Part shown: in pieces, positions 25,765 through 36,642 of the stretch
Layout: each line of letters opens with the position of its first letter
How positions within the stretch are numbered: the first letter of the stretch is position 1
Source: Octopus bimaculoides
Lineage: Eukaryota
NCBI RefSeq assembly: GCF_001194135.2
Contig: NC_068989.1
Span: 60,974,773-61,023,929, forward strand
Direction of reading: 5' to 3'
DNA: 49,157 bases
Program-made: the position numbers and the translations under genes
Notes under the pieces: generated by a model
What the model was told of the DNA's origin: nothing
What the model saw: the letters and a program-made list of their open reading frames with translations, nothing else
Databases searched by the model: none

Positions 25765-26667
25765 TATGTGTAAACGTACCTTTGCGCACGTGTTTCTTTG
25801 AAAGCATAGTTGAATAGTTGCATGAATTAGCATGCATTTGAGCTAATTTGATGCAAAATGGGAGAAGATATATTTAGAGCTAAAATCTCATGAATTTGCA
25901 GTTTCCGTTCATCGTGTGTTCGAAAGACACCTAACAAACGGAAACTGCAATCTGTGAATCGTTACTCGCGATATATATATATATATATATATCGTGTTAA
26001 AACACATCCGTTAGATTCTTAAGTTATAGTTTCACTGTATATATACACTTGCATACACATTGATATATTTTTATTTTTATTTTTCTTACCATTATTAATG
26101 CTGATATTTTTTTTCCCGTTCACAACTTGGTTTGTAAATTACTCGATTTCCCTTATTGCCCCATCTGTGTTCTCTTATTGTATCTTATTTTGTTATTATT
26201 TTATTTTATTTTTATCTCATTTTACTTCATTTTAATAAACTTTTTTGATGTTCTTCAAAAGATTCCTCACTGGTGAGAATAACAATGCATAAATTAAATT
26301 TTAAATTTCATATTTGTTTTATCTTATCTTAATTCATTTTTTTTTCACTTATAATTATAATCACTATGATTAAAATTTTTTCTTACATATTTGCAATGTT
26401 TTTCGAAACGTATGTATGCATTGAATCCAGTTTTATAATAAATCTATTGCTGTCCCAACTTCTTTTCTCCATTTTTTATACTTGTTTTTGCTATGTTCTT
26501 ATACCTATAACTTATGCCTATAATCTCCTCAAATATTATTTTCGTATTCTTATTATCTGTTTTGGCTGATTTTCGTGAATATGATGAATCCTTATTAGAA
26601 ATCACCTTTCCTTTCTTTTGGGATCCCCCAAAATGTTTGAATTGTTCTTTTTGAACTTACCTTTTCT

Positions 26668-26708
<41 letters not shown>

Positions 26709-26729
26709 NNNNNNNNNNATACATATATA

Positions 26730-27491
26730 GAGTTTCCACAAAACTGTTCACCGGGAACTGCACAAAGTCGGATTTCACAGGAGGGTTGCAATCAGAAAAC
26801 TTATAGTGGAGTAAAAACCTACGGAATTGGCCCTAGAGCAGTGGAGGAATGTTATTTTCTCGGACGAGTCACCCTTTAGCTTATTTCCGACCATTGGTGA
26901 GTATACGTGTGGAGAGAGCCAAAAGAAGCATTTGACCCAGACTGCATTCTTCCAACTGTTAAACATGGAGGAGGATCTGTGATGATCTGGAGAGCTATAA
27001 TATGAAAATCCACTGGTCCACTGGTTTGTCTTCATGGCAGAATTAATAGTCAAGACTATTTGTGCATCTTATCTGATCAAATTGATTGTATGCTTGCGGA
27101 ACTGTTTCCGTAGGGCAACGCAATCTTTCAGGATGATAAATCACCAATTCATACAGCTAAAGTTGTTACTGAATGGCACGAAGAACATTCTAATGAAATT
27201 GAACATGTGATCAGGCGACAACAGTCCACAGATCTCAATATTATTGAAAATTTATGGTGCATTTTAGAAAGACAAATAAATAGTCGATATCTTCCACCAT
27301 CATCAATACTAGAACTGGAGACTGTTTTAGCCGAAGAATGGACAAAATTTCCTTTGGAAACAATTCAAACTTTGTGCGAGTTCATACCTCGTAGAATTCA
27401 AGCTGTAATTACTGCCAAAGGCGGTCCTAACCCATATTAAAATAAATTTGTTTGAATTTTAAGGTGCTTCCATTATTTTGTCCAACCCCTG
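26730..27491 (+). mobile_element. Tc1-like DNA transposon, 5'-truncated, DD36E catalytic spacing
   Basis: WRNVIFSDESPF, YVWREPKEAFDPDCILPTVKHGGGSVMIW, FQDDKSPIHTAKVVTEWHEEHSNEIEHVIRRQQSTDLNIIENLW and IPRRIQAVITAKGGPNPY*. One frameshift and two stops. 3' TIR-like end TTTTGTCCAACCCCTG next to (TA)n. Confidence 0.95.
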
Positions 27492-28282
27492 AATATATAT
27501 ACATATATATATATATATATANNNNNNNNNNNNNNNNNNNNNNNNNNNNNNNNNNNNNNNNNNNNNNNNNNNNNNNNNNNNNNNNNNNNNNNNNNNNNNN
27601 NNNNNNNNNNNNNNNNNNNNNNNNNNNNNNNNNNNNNNNNNNNNNNNNNNNNNNNNNNNNNNNNNNNNNNNNNNNNNNNNNNNNNNNNNNNNNNNNNNNN
27701 NNNNNNNNNNNNNNNNNNNNNNNNNNNNNNNNNNNNNNNNNNNNNNNNNNNNNNNNNNNNNNNNNNNNNNNNNNNNNNNNNNNNNNNNNNNNNNNNNNNN
27801 NNNNNNNNNNNNNNNNNNNNNNNNNNNNNNNNNNNNNNNNNNNNNNNNNNNNNNNNNNNNNNNNNNNNNNNNNNNNNNNNNNNNNNNNNNNNNNNNNNNN
27901 NNNNNNNNNNNNNNNNNNNNNNNNNNNNNNNNNNNNNNNNNNNNNNNNNNNNNNNNNNNNNNNNNNNNNNNNNNNNNNNNNNNNNNNNNNNNNNNNNNNN
28001 NNNNNNNNNNNNNNNNNNNNNNNNNNNNNNNNNNNNNNNNNNNNNNNNNNNNNNNNNNNNNNNNNNNNNNNNNNNNNNNNNNNNNNNNNNNNNNNNNNNN
28101 NNNNNNNNNNNNNNNNNNNNNNNNNNNNNNNNNNNNNNNNNNNNNNNNNNNNNNNNNNNNNNNNNNNNNNNNNNNNNNNNNNNNNNNNNNTATATACACA
28201 TATATATTTACACGCCTGTATTTTAAGTGAATATATGTAAAAGCAATCACATATACATATATGTGTGTGCGCATTCTTTTAT

Positions 28283-28600
28283 TTCTTTAATACTGCTAGT
28301 TCTCGGGCAGCGATTATTTGGACCTTGCTAAAATGCATCACTCTCCTGTGTTTTGTTGGACAATCTGGAACCTTCGCAATTGTGTATATTTTTCTCATAT
28401 ATCCATCAACTCCCCCTACTGAAAACATATAAAATACATACGAATAATCAAACTATCGACATAGTCGTCCTTACCTACCCAAATCTCACAGTTTATAATG
28501 CTTGAACAGAAATAATATAACACCTACAACAATCCAACCCTAGTTGGGCATAACTTGAATACAACTAATTGTTTTGTGGAACCTGAAACACAACCAAAAT
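28283..28600 (+). pseudogene. Possible decayed Penelope-like GIY-YIG remnant
   Basis: FFNTASSRAAIIWTLLKCITLLCFVGQSG loosely resembles FxCxSxNxIYxxxCxxCxxxYVGQTG; a hammerhead-like relic lies ~0.9 kb downstream. Confidence 0.25.
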
Positions 28601-28751
28601 CAACGTTTTGTACAAACAATTTCATAGCCTAATATTAGACGCACTTGTGTACAAACCTAATTCCATGTTTCACTGAAATCTATGACTGACGTCTATGTAC
28701 TGACACTACTCCTTATTGAAACTAATAAATCTTTAAACAATAAATTACTCA

Positions 28752-28964
28752 CGGCAAGATGGCGTAAATGTTAGCACGCCTGGCGGAACGCTTAGCGGTA
28801 TTTCGTCTATCTTTACGTTCTGAGTTCAAATTCCGCCGAGGTCAACATTTCTTTTCATCTTTTCGGGGTCGATAAATTAAGTACCAGGTGCGTACTGGGG
28901 TTGATATAATCGACTGGCCCTCTCCCCCCAAATTTAGGGCCTTGTGCCTAGGGTAGAAAAGAAT
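28752..28964 (+). mobile_element. tRNA-derived SINE
   Basis: Aligns end to end with 16739-16953. Confidence 0.9.
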
Positions 28965-28969
28965 AATTT

Positions 28970-29080
28970 ATTTTCCGTTTGGCTTTACGTTCTGAGTTCA
29001 AATTCCGCCATGGTCGACTTTGGCTTTCAACCTTTCGGTATCGATAAATTAAGTAGCTTTTGCATAGAACAGAAAAGAAT
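28970..29080 (+). mobile_element. Partial SINE copy in tandem with the previous one
   Basis: CTTTACGTTCTGAGTTCAAATTCCGCC...GTCGACTTT...TCGATAAATTAAGTA...AGAAAAGAAT. Confidence 0.85.
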
Positions 29081-29231
29081 AACTTACTCACAACCCGCAC
29101 TCTACAAACATACTTTCCTCCTCTCCTCTTCTCCCGAATTACCATTCATATTTTGCCCAGGTAACCTCCGCCTACATTAGTGAAACAACTTCCCATGAAC
29201 TATGTACACCCAAAATTAACCCGCGTGTATT

Positions 29232-29274
29232 ACAGTCTGACGAAAGCTTCGGGCTAAAATTTTGAAGTCACTAT
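29232..29274 (+). ncRNA. Degenerate hammerhead-like motif (probably inactive)
   Basis: ACAGT CTGACGA A AGC-TTCGG-GCT AAAA TTTTGAAG TC ACTAT. The CUGANGA box, a stem II and a GTC triplet are present, but GAAA reads AAAA and stems I and III are mismatched. Confidence 0.35.
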
Positions 29275-31171
29275 CACATATCTTGTAAAATTTTAATGCG
29301 TTCTCTGAGATAAAGCATTATTTCATCAGTTTATTTCTATATTGATTGTACATATAACTTGAGATGAAGACAAACATTAATATATGTGTGTAGGTGTGTG
29401 CCTGGATAGATAAGATATGAAGTTATATAACGACCTATATATTGTCCACCGGCCAAGCAATTGTCAGAAAATTTATGCCAAAGCACTTACCAAATAAACA
29501 TTGACAACTAATCTCGTATACAATTCTAGTTTCTTGCATATATATATCTATATATATTCGCATTTGTATGTATGTATGCATGTATGTATGTGTGCTTGCA
29601 TATATGTATGTAAGTATGTATCTACGTGCATGTATATATATATATATATGTGCATACATGGTACATATGTATATATATATATATATACACTCACACACAC
29701 ATATATATACATATATAGGTATGTATGAACGTATACAGACATACACACACGCACACATTTTATACATACGAATACATATATAAAGCGTAATGTGTGTATA
29801 TATATATATATAATTATGTATGTGTGATACATACATTCGTAATCTTGGCTACACTCCATTCGTTGTAAAAGTCTGGTTGGCATACCATCACTCAATGACA
29901 CTTGTCAGACAATAATATATCTATGAGCTCTCTTTCGATTCCTGTTCTTCCTAACTATTAAGTTGTTTCCACTAACGTTGCTATTATTTTTCATGATTCT
30001 TCTCACAGCTGGGCGTAACTTAGAAAGGTCATTCATATATTTATATATTCCATTTGTTTCCGCCTCCCCATTCTCAATATTTTACATCTATTTCATATTG
30101 TGACATCAGTATATCAGATGTGGACGTCATGTATGTGTTTCTGAGAATATCTCATACATTTGATTTCTTTCAGTACTTGATAAAATGATTTAAAACTATC
30201 GCTAATTATAGTAGTGTTGGCTTTTCGTAATTGAGTGATTCTAATTATCTCTTAGATGATCCCACATTTACATATGTTAACGTTAACTAAATTTATAAGT
30301 CATTATTATATCTGTGTACATTAAAAAAAACCCGCCTAGGAACGAACAAAATCGAGATCATCGTGTCAAAAGGGTATAAGTGATTTTGTTTCAACCCACA
30401 TTAACAAGCTTAGGGTTGCAAGGCAAAGGAGAAAAGAGGTTGCAAATAGACCTCATGTACTGATCTGTCATCCTCATATATGCAACATCTACCGACTTAA
30501 CTCAAATGCCACTTTCGACATAAGCATCATAATTGGCAAAGACAATGTAGGTAGCCTGATCCATATACATCAACACCGACTGTTGCCTTATGTTTGGATA
30601 TTAATTTTTTTTTTTTTTTGCCATATCATCTAATTTCTTCAGAGAAAGAGAATATATTTTATTAACCTAATAACCAAATTCATTGTAAATATAACAAAGA
30701 CGGTTTCATTGCAGGTCTTAATGCCACTTGGGCATGTAGGCAGCAGCAGTAACAGCTAATCGGTATTATTTAGATCGTGAAATCTAAACACCACTGATTA
30801 AATATATTCTATGCATTAAAGCTTCCGTTGAATAGCAAAAGAAAAGTCGGTACGAAAATGATGTATACTTTTCTTTCTTAATATATAAATAAGGAATGGG
30901 AAACAACATGACTGACTGCACAGGGTATCTGACATTTATTTTCTGGATATAGTGAATCGAGTCAGTTTGAAATTTCATATATCTTAAAACAAAAAATGGA
31001 ATACATCCACTTATAATTATAAATCACGATCTCTGTTTATCTCTCTGTCTATCTGTTTGTTAATCTAACTCACTATCTCTCTGTCTCTGTGTCTGTCTAC
31101 GCATCTACGCTTTTAAAGCTCTCTCCCCGCCCGTCTCGCCTTATATGTATGTATGCTTGTAAATATATATA

Positions 31172-31245
<74 letters not shown>

Positions 31246-31326
31246 NNNNNNNNNNNNNNNNNNNNNNNNNNNNNNNNNNNNNNNNNNNNNNNNNNNNNNN
31301 NNNNNNNNNNNNNNNNNNNNNNNNNN

Positions 31327-31367
<41 letters not shown>

Positions 31368-32128
31368 CTCTCTCTCTCTATATATATATATACATACACA
31401 CACAAAAACACACATATATATATATATATATGTATACATACACATATGTAAAGAAAGTTAATTGGATAAGATTATTCGGATTACGACGCTAATACTTTCC
31501 CATAGTCTTGTACAATATGCATGTAATCTACTGCATCCAATAGGAAGAATAAGTGTACAAAAGCATGGACTTTCCATTCCAGATATTTGTATAACATCTA
31601 TAGAAACTATTTATGTTTGAGTGGCGATTTCCAGTTGTGTACAGGTAATCTCTGCTGGGAAATGACTACATTTATTTCGGTTAATACCAATCTATGCAAC
31701 AAAGTATGTTCAGAGAAGTAGCCGCAGGATTATATAACTAAGGTATTTCTAATAAAATGGTATTTTCTGATTTAATATTAATGAGTAATATATAATGCAA
31801 TCGATGACTTTATGCTCTTATTCATACATACCTACACACAATCACACAGTCACATACATCCGTTTGTATCAAAGTATACATATATATAATTTATTTGTGG
31901 GTTAACATGTCTACCAATGGTTTCATATTAAGAGATCTTTCGAATTTTTCGAATGCGCCTCACGAAGAATTTTTCGAATGCGCCTACTTGATTGGAATAC
32001 ACAAGGCAACTACGTATGTCTGAACAATATTTCGAATACATATAGAGCGCACGTGAGGTAACTTATATGAATATGTCGAGTGTTATCTCCAGTGTATTAG
32101 CTCCTGGCTTTTGCAGGGAATTGCACTC

Positions 32129-32871
32129 GGATCTTTTTGGTTTGACGGGCAACACTTGTTTTCTTAACGAAACACTTTCAAACTTGGGATACTGGTAGAA
32201 TGTGTCATATAAAACATCTTTTTCTCTTAGCCTTCTTAACAAAGTTGTCGTATTTGTGTAATTTCAACCAGTCACTGACGTCTATTCAGGTGAAAACAAT
32301 TACTGCCGTAGAATGTAAACAACAGGGTCAACAACAACTATCGGCGGTGTTGTTATTTATAACATCATTCGTGCGTTTGGGTTAGGGTTAGGGTTTTAGA
32401 GTTAGGGTTAGGGCATTAGGGTTAGAGTTGGGGTTAGGGTTAGGGTTATGGTTATGAGTTATAGGGTTTTAGGGTTAGGGTTAGGGTTATGAGTGAAGTT
32501 ATGGCAACAATAATCATAACCCTAACCGTAACCCTAAAACTAACTTTAAGTCTAAAACCGGAACCCTAACCCTAAATCCCAAAAGCTAAAACCAGTACAA
32601 ACGCACGAACGATGTTATAAATAACAGTACCGCCGATAGTTGTTGTTGACAAACAAAGGCACTAATTTTGTTCAAGGGAAATAGACGTCAGTGATTGGTT
32701 GAAATTACCGAAATACGACAACTTTTTACATGAAATAACTTCGAATACAAAATTTTTTATCTGTTCTATAACACAAAATATACAAGTATACGAAGTTTGA
32801 AAGTGTTTCGGTACCAAAAACACTACATAAGACATAAATGAAAAATGTTGCCCGTCAAACCAAAAGGATCC
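32129..32871. mobile_element. Non-autonomous foldback DNA transposon, copy A (743 bp), telomere-like core, 8-bp TSD; Merlin-like termini (tentative)
   Basis: 26-bp TIRs GGATCTTTTTGGTTTGACGGGCAACA / TGTTGCCCGTCAAACCAAAAGGATCC; flanks TTGCACTC (32121-32128) and TTGCTCTC (32872-32879); long internal inverted arms; GGGTTA-rich 32379-32490 facing TAACCC-rich 32517-32593. Confidence 0.9.
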
Positions 32872-33289
32872 TTGCTCTCACCTTAGAATCATTAATTTCT
32901 TGAATTAACTAATTGCGAAATCCCTGCAAATCTCATGTAACCTCGGGGAAATCTTATATGTAGTACTCTTTACATGAAACAAATCGTAGTCTTTTTAACC
33001 ATCAAACAAAGAATATCAGCCAATACGGTGTTGAGCACTCATTCTCACTGTCCGAGTCTCTCTCTCATTCTCTNNNNNNNNNNNNNNNNNNNNNNNNNNN
33101 NNNNNNNNNNNNNNNNNNNNNNNNNNNNNNNNNNNNNNNNNNNNNNNNNNNNNNNNNNNNNNNNNNNNNNNNNNNNNNNNNNNNNNNNNNNNNNNNNNNN
33201 NATATATATGTATACGTGTATGTATGTGTGTATGTATGTACGTGTGTGAGTGTGTGTGTGTATCTGTCTCTCTGTCTCTTTCTCTCTCT

Positions 33290-33326
<37 letters not shown>

Positions 33327-33397
33327 TTAATAATTAATTTCATATACTTCATTATAATAGATTTATAAGTCCTAAAATTCATTTCACAATTGCTCAC

Positions 33398-33490
33398 GGG
33401 CATATGGCGGAGTGGTTATGAGCGCTGGCTACTAAGATTCCGAGTTCGATTCCGAACAGTCACCTGGATAATACTGATAACAACAACATC
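33398..33490 (+). mobile_element. Short tRNA-derived SINE head
   Basis: GGGCATATGGCGGAGTGG (A-box-like)...GAGTTCGATTCC (B-box), then an AAT/AAC-rich tail; no complete cloverleaf. Confidence 0.7.
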
Positions 33491-33499
33491 AACGTTTGC

Positions 33500-34380
33500 A
33501 GATCCTTTTGGTTTGACTGGCAACATTTTTCATTTATGTTTTTGGCACCGAAACACTTTCAAACTTCATATACTTGTATATTTTGTGTTATAGAACAAAT
33601 ACAAATGTTTGTATTCGAAGTTATTTCATGTAAAAAGTTGTCGTATTTCAATAATTTCAACCAATCACTAACGTCTATTCAGCTGAATACAGTTTGTGCC
33701 GTAGAATGTAAACAACATATTCTAACGGTGTTATCGGATCTTTTGCCTTTAATAAAATTAGTACCGTTGTTTGTCAACAACAACTATCGGCGGTGTTGTT
33801 ATTTATAACATCATTAGTGCGTTTGGGTTAGGGTTCGGGTTTTAGAGTTATGGTTAGGGTTTTAGGGTTAGAGTTGGGGTTAGGGTTAGGGTTATGGTTA
33901 TGAGTTATAGGGTTTTAGGGTTAGGGTTAGGGTTATGAGTGAGGTTATGGCAAAAATAATCACAAACCTAACCGTAACCCTAAAACTAACTTTAACTCTA
34001 AAACAGGAACCCTAACCCTAAAGCCCTAAAGCTAAAACCAGTACAAACGCACGAACGATGTTATAAATAACAGAACCGCCGATAGTTGTTGTTGACAAAC
34101 AACGGCACTAATTTTATTCAAGGGAAAAGATCCGATAACACCGTTAGAATATGTTGTTTACGTTCTACGGCACTAACTGTATTCAGCTGAATAGACGTCA
34201 TTGATTGGTTGAAATTACCGAAATACGACAACTTTAACATGAAATAACTTATTAAGAACTAATTTTTTGTTAAGAAGGCTAAGAGAAAAAGATGTTTTAT
34301 ATGACACATTCTACCAGTATCCGAAGTTTGAAAGTGTTTTGTTAAGAAAACAAATGTTGCCCGTCAGACCAAAAAGATCC
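33500..34380. mobile_element. Foldback DNA transposon, copy B (881 bp), telomere-like core, 8-bp TSD
   Basis: TIRs AGATCCTTTTGGTTTGACTGGCAACA / TGTTGCCCGTCAGACCAAAAAGATCC; flanks ACGTTTGC (33492-33499) and AAGTTTGC (34381-34388); GGGTTA-rich 33825-33940, TAACCC-rich ~33965-34040. Confidence 0.9.
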
Positions 34381-34540
34381 AAGTTTGCTTCTTGGTATGC
34401 ATTTTGGTGTTAATTACTGATGCTATTTCTTCAGCGTACTATTAACTGCATTTTAAATTCCATCTGAACTAAACACAAGTCCAACCAAAATATTTCGTAC
34501 ACCTGGTGTTAGTATTCTAAAAATAGCCTAAATTCTGACC

Positions 34541-35113
34541 TTTTCAACTCTGCTGGTTAGAAATAACGAAGGAGTTACTGGCCGAAAATGGGTCAAAAGT
34601 CAGCTAATGTATTTCACTACTACTCCACGGGTGAGTGTTTGTATTCGTATTGTGTATCAGGTTACTTAAGGTATGTTGATGATATTATTGTTAAGTGATA
34701 TTATTATCATACCCATAAATACTACTACTACTACTACTACTAATGAGCAATTGGTCTATTCTTTAATATGCTAATTTTATAATTAAATTAATTTTAGGGA
34801 TATCATTAATTTTATTCTCTTATTGTCCTTTTCACTCTTTATAATTAAGTTTCGTTTAGGTAGGAGTTCATATTTAATTAATTAATTTACTTCCTATTGT
34901 TTACTCGATTTCTATTCTAATTTTGGTATTACAGATCATACAGTTATTTAAATCGATTAAACGTGTATTTAGAGTGATGAACACATTACAGCGCACTCAC
35001 GTCCATGGTTTATTAATTCGTATTTTGGTAATTTTTTTCAACACTCTACTATATGTTTTGATCAATTTTCGGCCAGCAACTCCATTATTTTTTCTAACCA
35101 GCAGAGTAGAAAA
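34541..35113. mobile_element. Possible old MITE bounded by ~55-bp imperfect inverted repeats
   Basis: CTCTGCTGGTTAGAAATAACGAAGGAGTTACTGGCCGAAAATG (34548-) vs the reverse complement of CAATTTTCGGCCAGCAACTCCATTATTTTTTCTAACCAGCAGAG (35063-35106). No TSD identified. Confidence 0.45.
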
Positions 35114-35456
35114 AAGAGGACTGAAAAAAAACTTTGTACTGAAATTAAGAGTTTCAATTAAAAGATCCATAGAGTGTGGTGTGTTTTTTTAAAAATATAA
35201 ATGATATATAAGGAATATAATACATTTTGAGGAGATTCACATTCCACGGCCATTTCTAGAGTTCGTGTCCTGGTAGGATAATTAATAAATCTTAGAAACT
35301 ATGTGGACAGTGTTCCCTTCATCAGGAAAGGCATCCACATAAAATCATATTCTTAATACTGTTGATTCTTACAGAATGATGAATATATATGAAACAAAAG
35401 ATTTATCTCCTTACGTATGCAAATGAGTGGAGAGCATGTAATGGTGGGACAAGTAC

Positions 35457-35653
35457 ATTCTTTTCTACTCTAGGCACAAGCCCCAAAATTTTAGGGGAGG
35501 GGGCTAGTCGATTAGATCGACACGAGTACGTAACTGGTACTTAATTTATCGACCGCGAAATGATGAAAGGCAAAGTCGACCTGGGCGGAATTTGAACTCA
35601 GAACATAAGAACAGACGAAACACCGCTAAGCATTTCGCTCGGTGTGCTAACAT
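35457..35653 (-). mobile_element. tRNA-derived SINE lacking its first ~15 nt
   Basis: Reverse complement aligns with 16739-16953. Confidence 0.9.
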
Positions 35654-35872
35654 TTCTTATTTCTTTATTGCCCACAAGGTGCTAAACAAGGACAGACAAA
35701 AGGATAGAGTCGATTGAAGGACCCCATGGCGTAACTGGTACTTAATTTATCGACCCCGAAAGGATGAAAGGCAAAGTCGACCTCGGCGGAATTTGAACTC
35801 AGAACGTAAAGACAGACGAAATACCGCTAGGCATTTCGCCCGGTGTGCTAACGTTTCTTCCAGCTCACCGCC
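35654..35872 (-). mobile_element. SINE of the same head family with a different 3' tail, fused to the previous copy
   Basis: Head GGCGGTGAGCTGGAAGAAACGTTAGCAC... on the minus strand; tail ...TTTGTCTGTCCTTGTTTAGCACCTTGTGGGCAATAAAGAAATAAGAA. Confidence 0.85.
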
Positions 35873-36380
35873 TTTGTGGGTTAAGTATATTAACCTATTG
35901 AAACTTAATTCTGCCTAAACACAGCACAATAAAACTTTCACTCTACTAAGAGCTGAAAGGTTTCAAGTTACAGGCACTCTTCCAAATCATCCCATATGTT
36001 CGGTTCTATAATTTTTCAGAAAAGTGGAATGGAATTTATGATTATATGAGGGAATTACATCAGAGAATATATTCAATGTATTTAAACTATATGATCTAAG
36101 GATAATTTACGATTCCCTTACACATAACCTGCATCTATTCGATGTAGGACTATAAGTGTTGGTGGTGGTGATGAGGCTCCGCAATCATGCACCAGGATAA
36201 AGAATAGTCAGTGCTGCAATCACTTAGGTGGGGGTATATATATACGAGGCGAGAGTTATTGAGCTTTTATACTTAAGGTTAATAAACGAATTTAAATGGG
36301 CTCTATATCTCCTCTTAAAATCAGCAGTGTTGCCCTTATAAACCTTACTTTATCTCCTCTCTCAACTTACAAGTAGTTTC

Positions 36381-36429
<49 letters not shown>

Positions 36430-36593
36430 AGTAAAAATAAATACAAAAAAGGTGGGTTTTTTTGTATGATTGTGTATAGAGGAATATATTATTGTGTATA
36501 GNNNNNNNNNNNNNNNNNNNNNNNNNNNNNNNNNNNNNNNNNNNNNNNNNNNNNNNNNNNNNNNNNNNNNNNNNNNNNNNNNNNNNNNNNNNN

Positions 36594-36629
<36 letters not shown>

Positions 36630-36642
36630 TTGCGTATTCAAC

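Noticed and set aside
31935-31986. Tandem GAATTTTTCGAATGCGCCT repeat (two copies) as a regulatory or CRISPR-like unit
   Set aside because: Only two copies with a few bases between them; consistent with a small slippage duplication. No CRISPR array or prokaryotic operon exists in this window.
32379-32593. Ancestral telomere-telomere chromosome fusion site
   Set aside because: The same degenerate array occurs twice with near-identical variant units, each inside TIRs and TSD-like flanks, so it was delivered by a transposon.
33398-33470. tRNA gene (also considered at 14070-14130 and 43223-43270)
   Set aside because: A/B-box-like motifs are present, but there is no complete cloverleaf or acceptor stem and each continues into SINE body or tail.
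34588-34636. First coding exon MGQKSANVFHYYST|GTGAGT
   Set aside because: The ATG overlaps the left inverted repeat of a probable MITE and no promoter or partner exon supports it.
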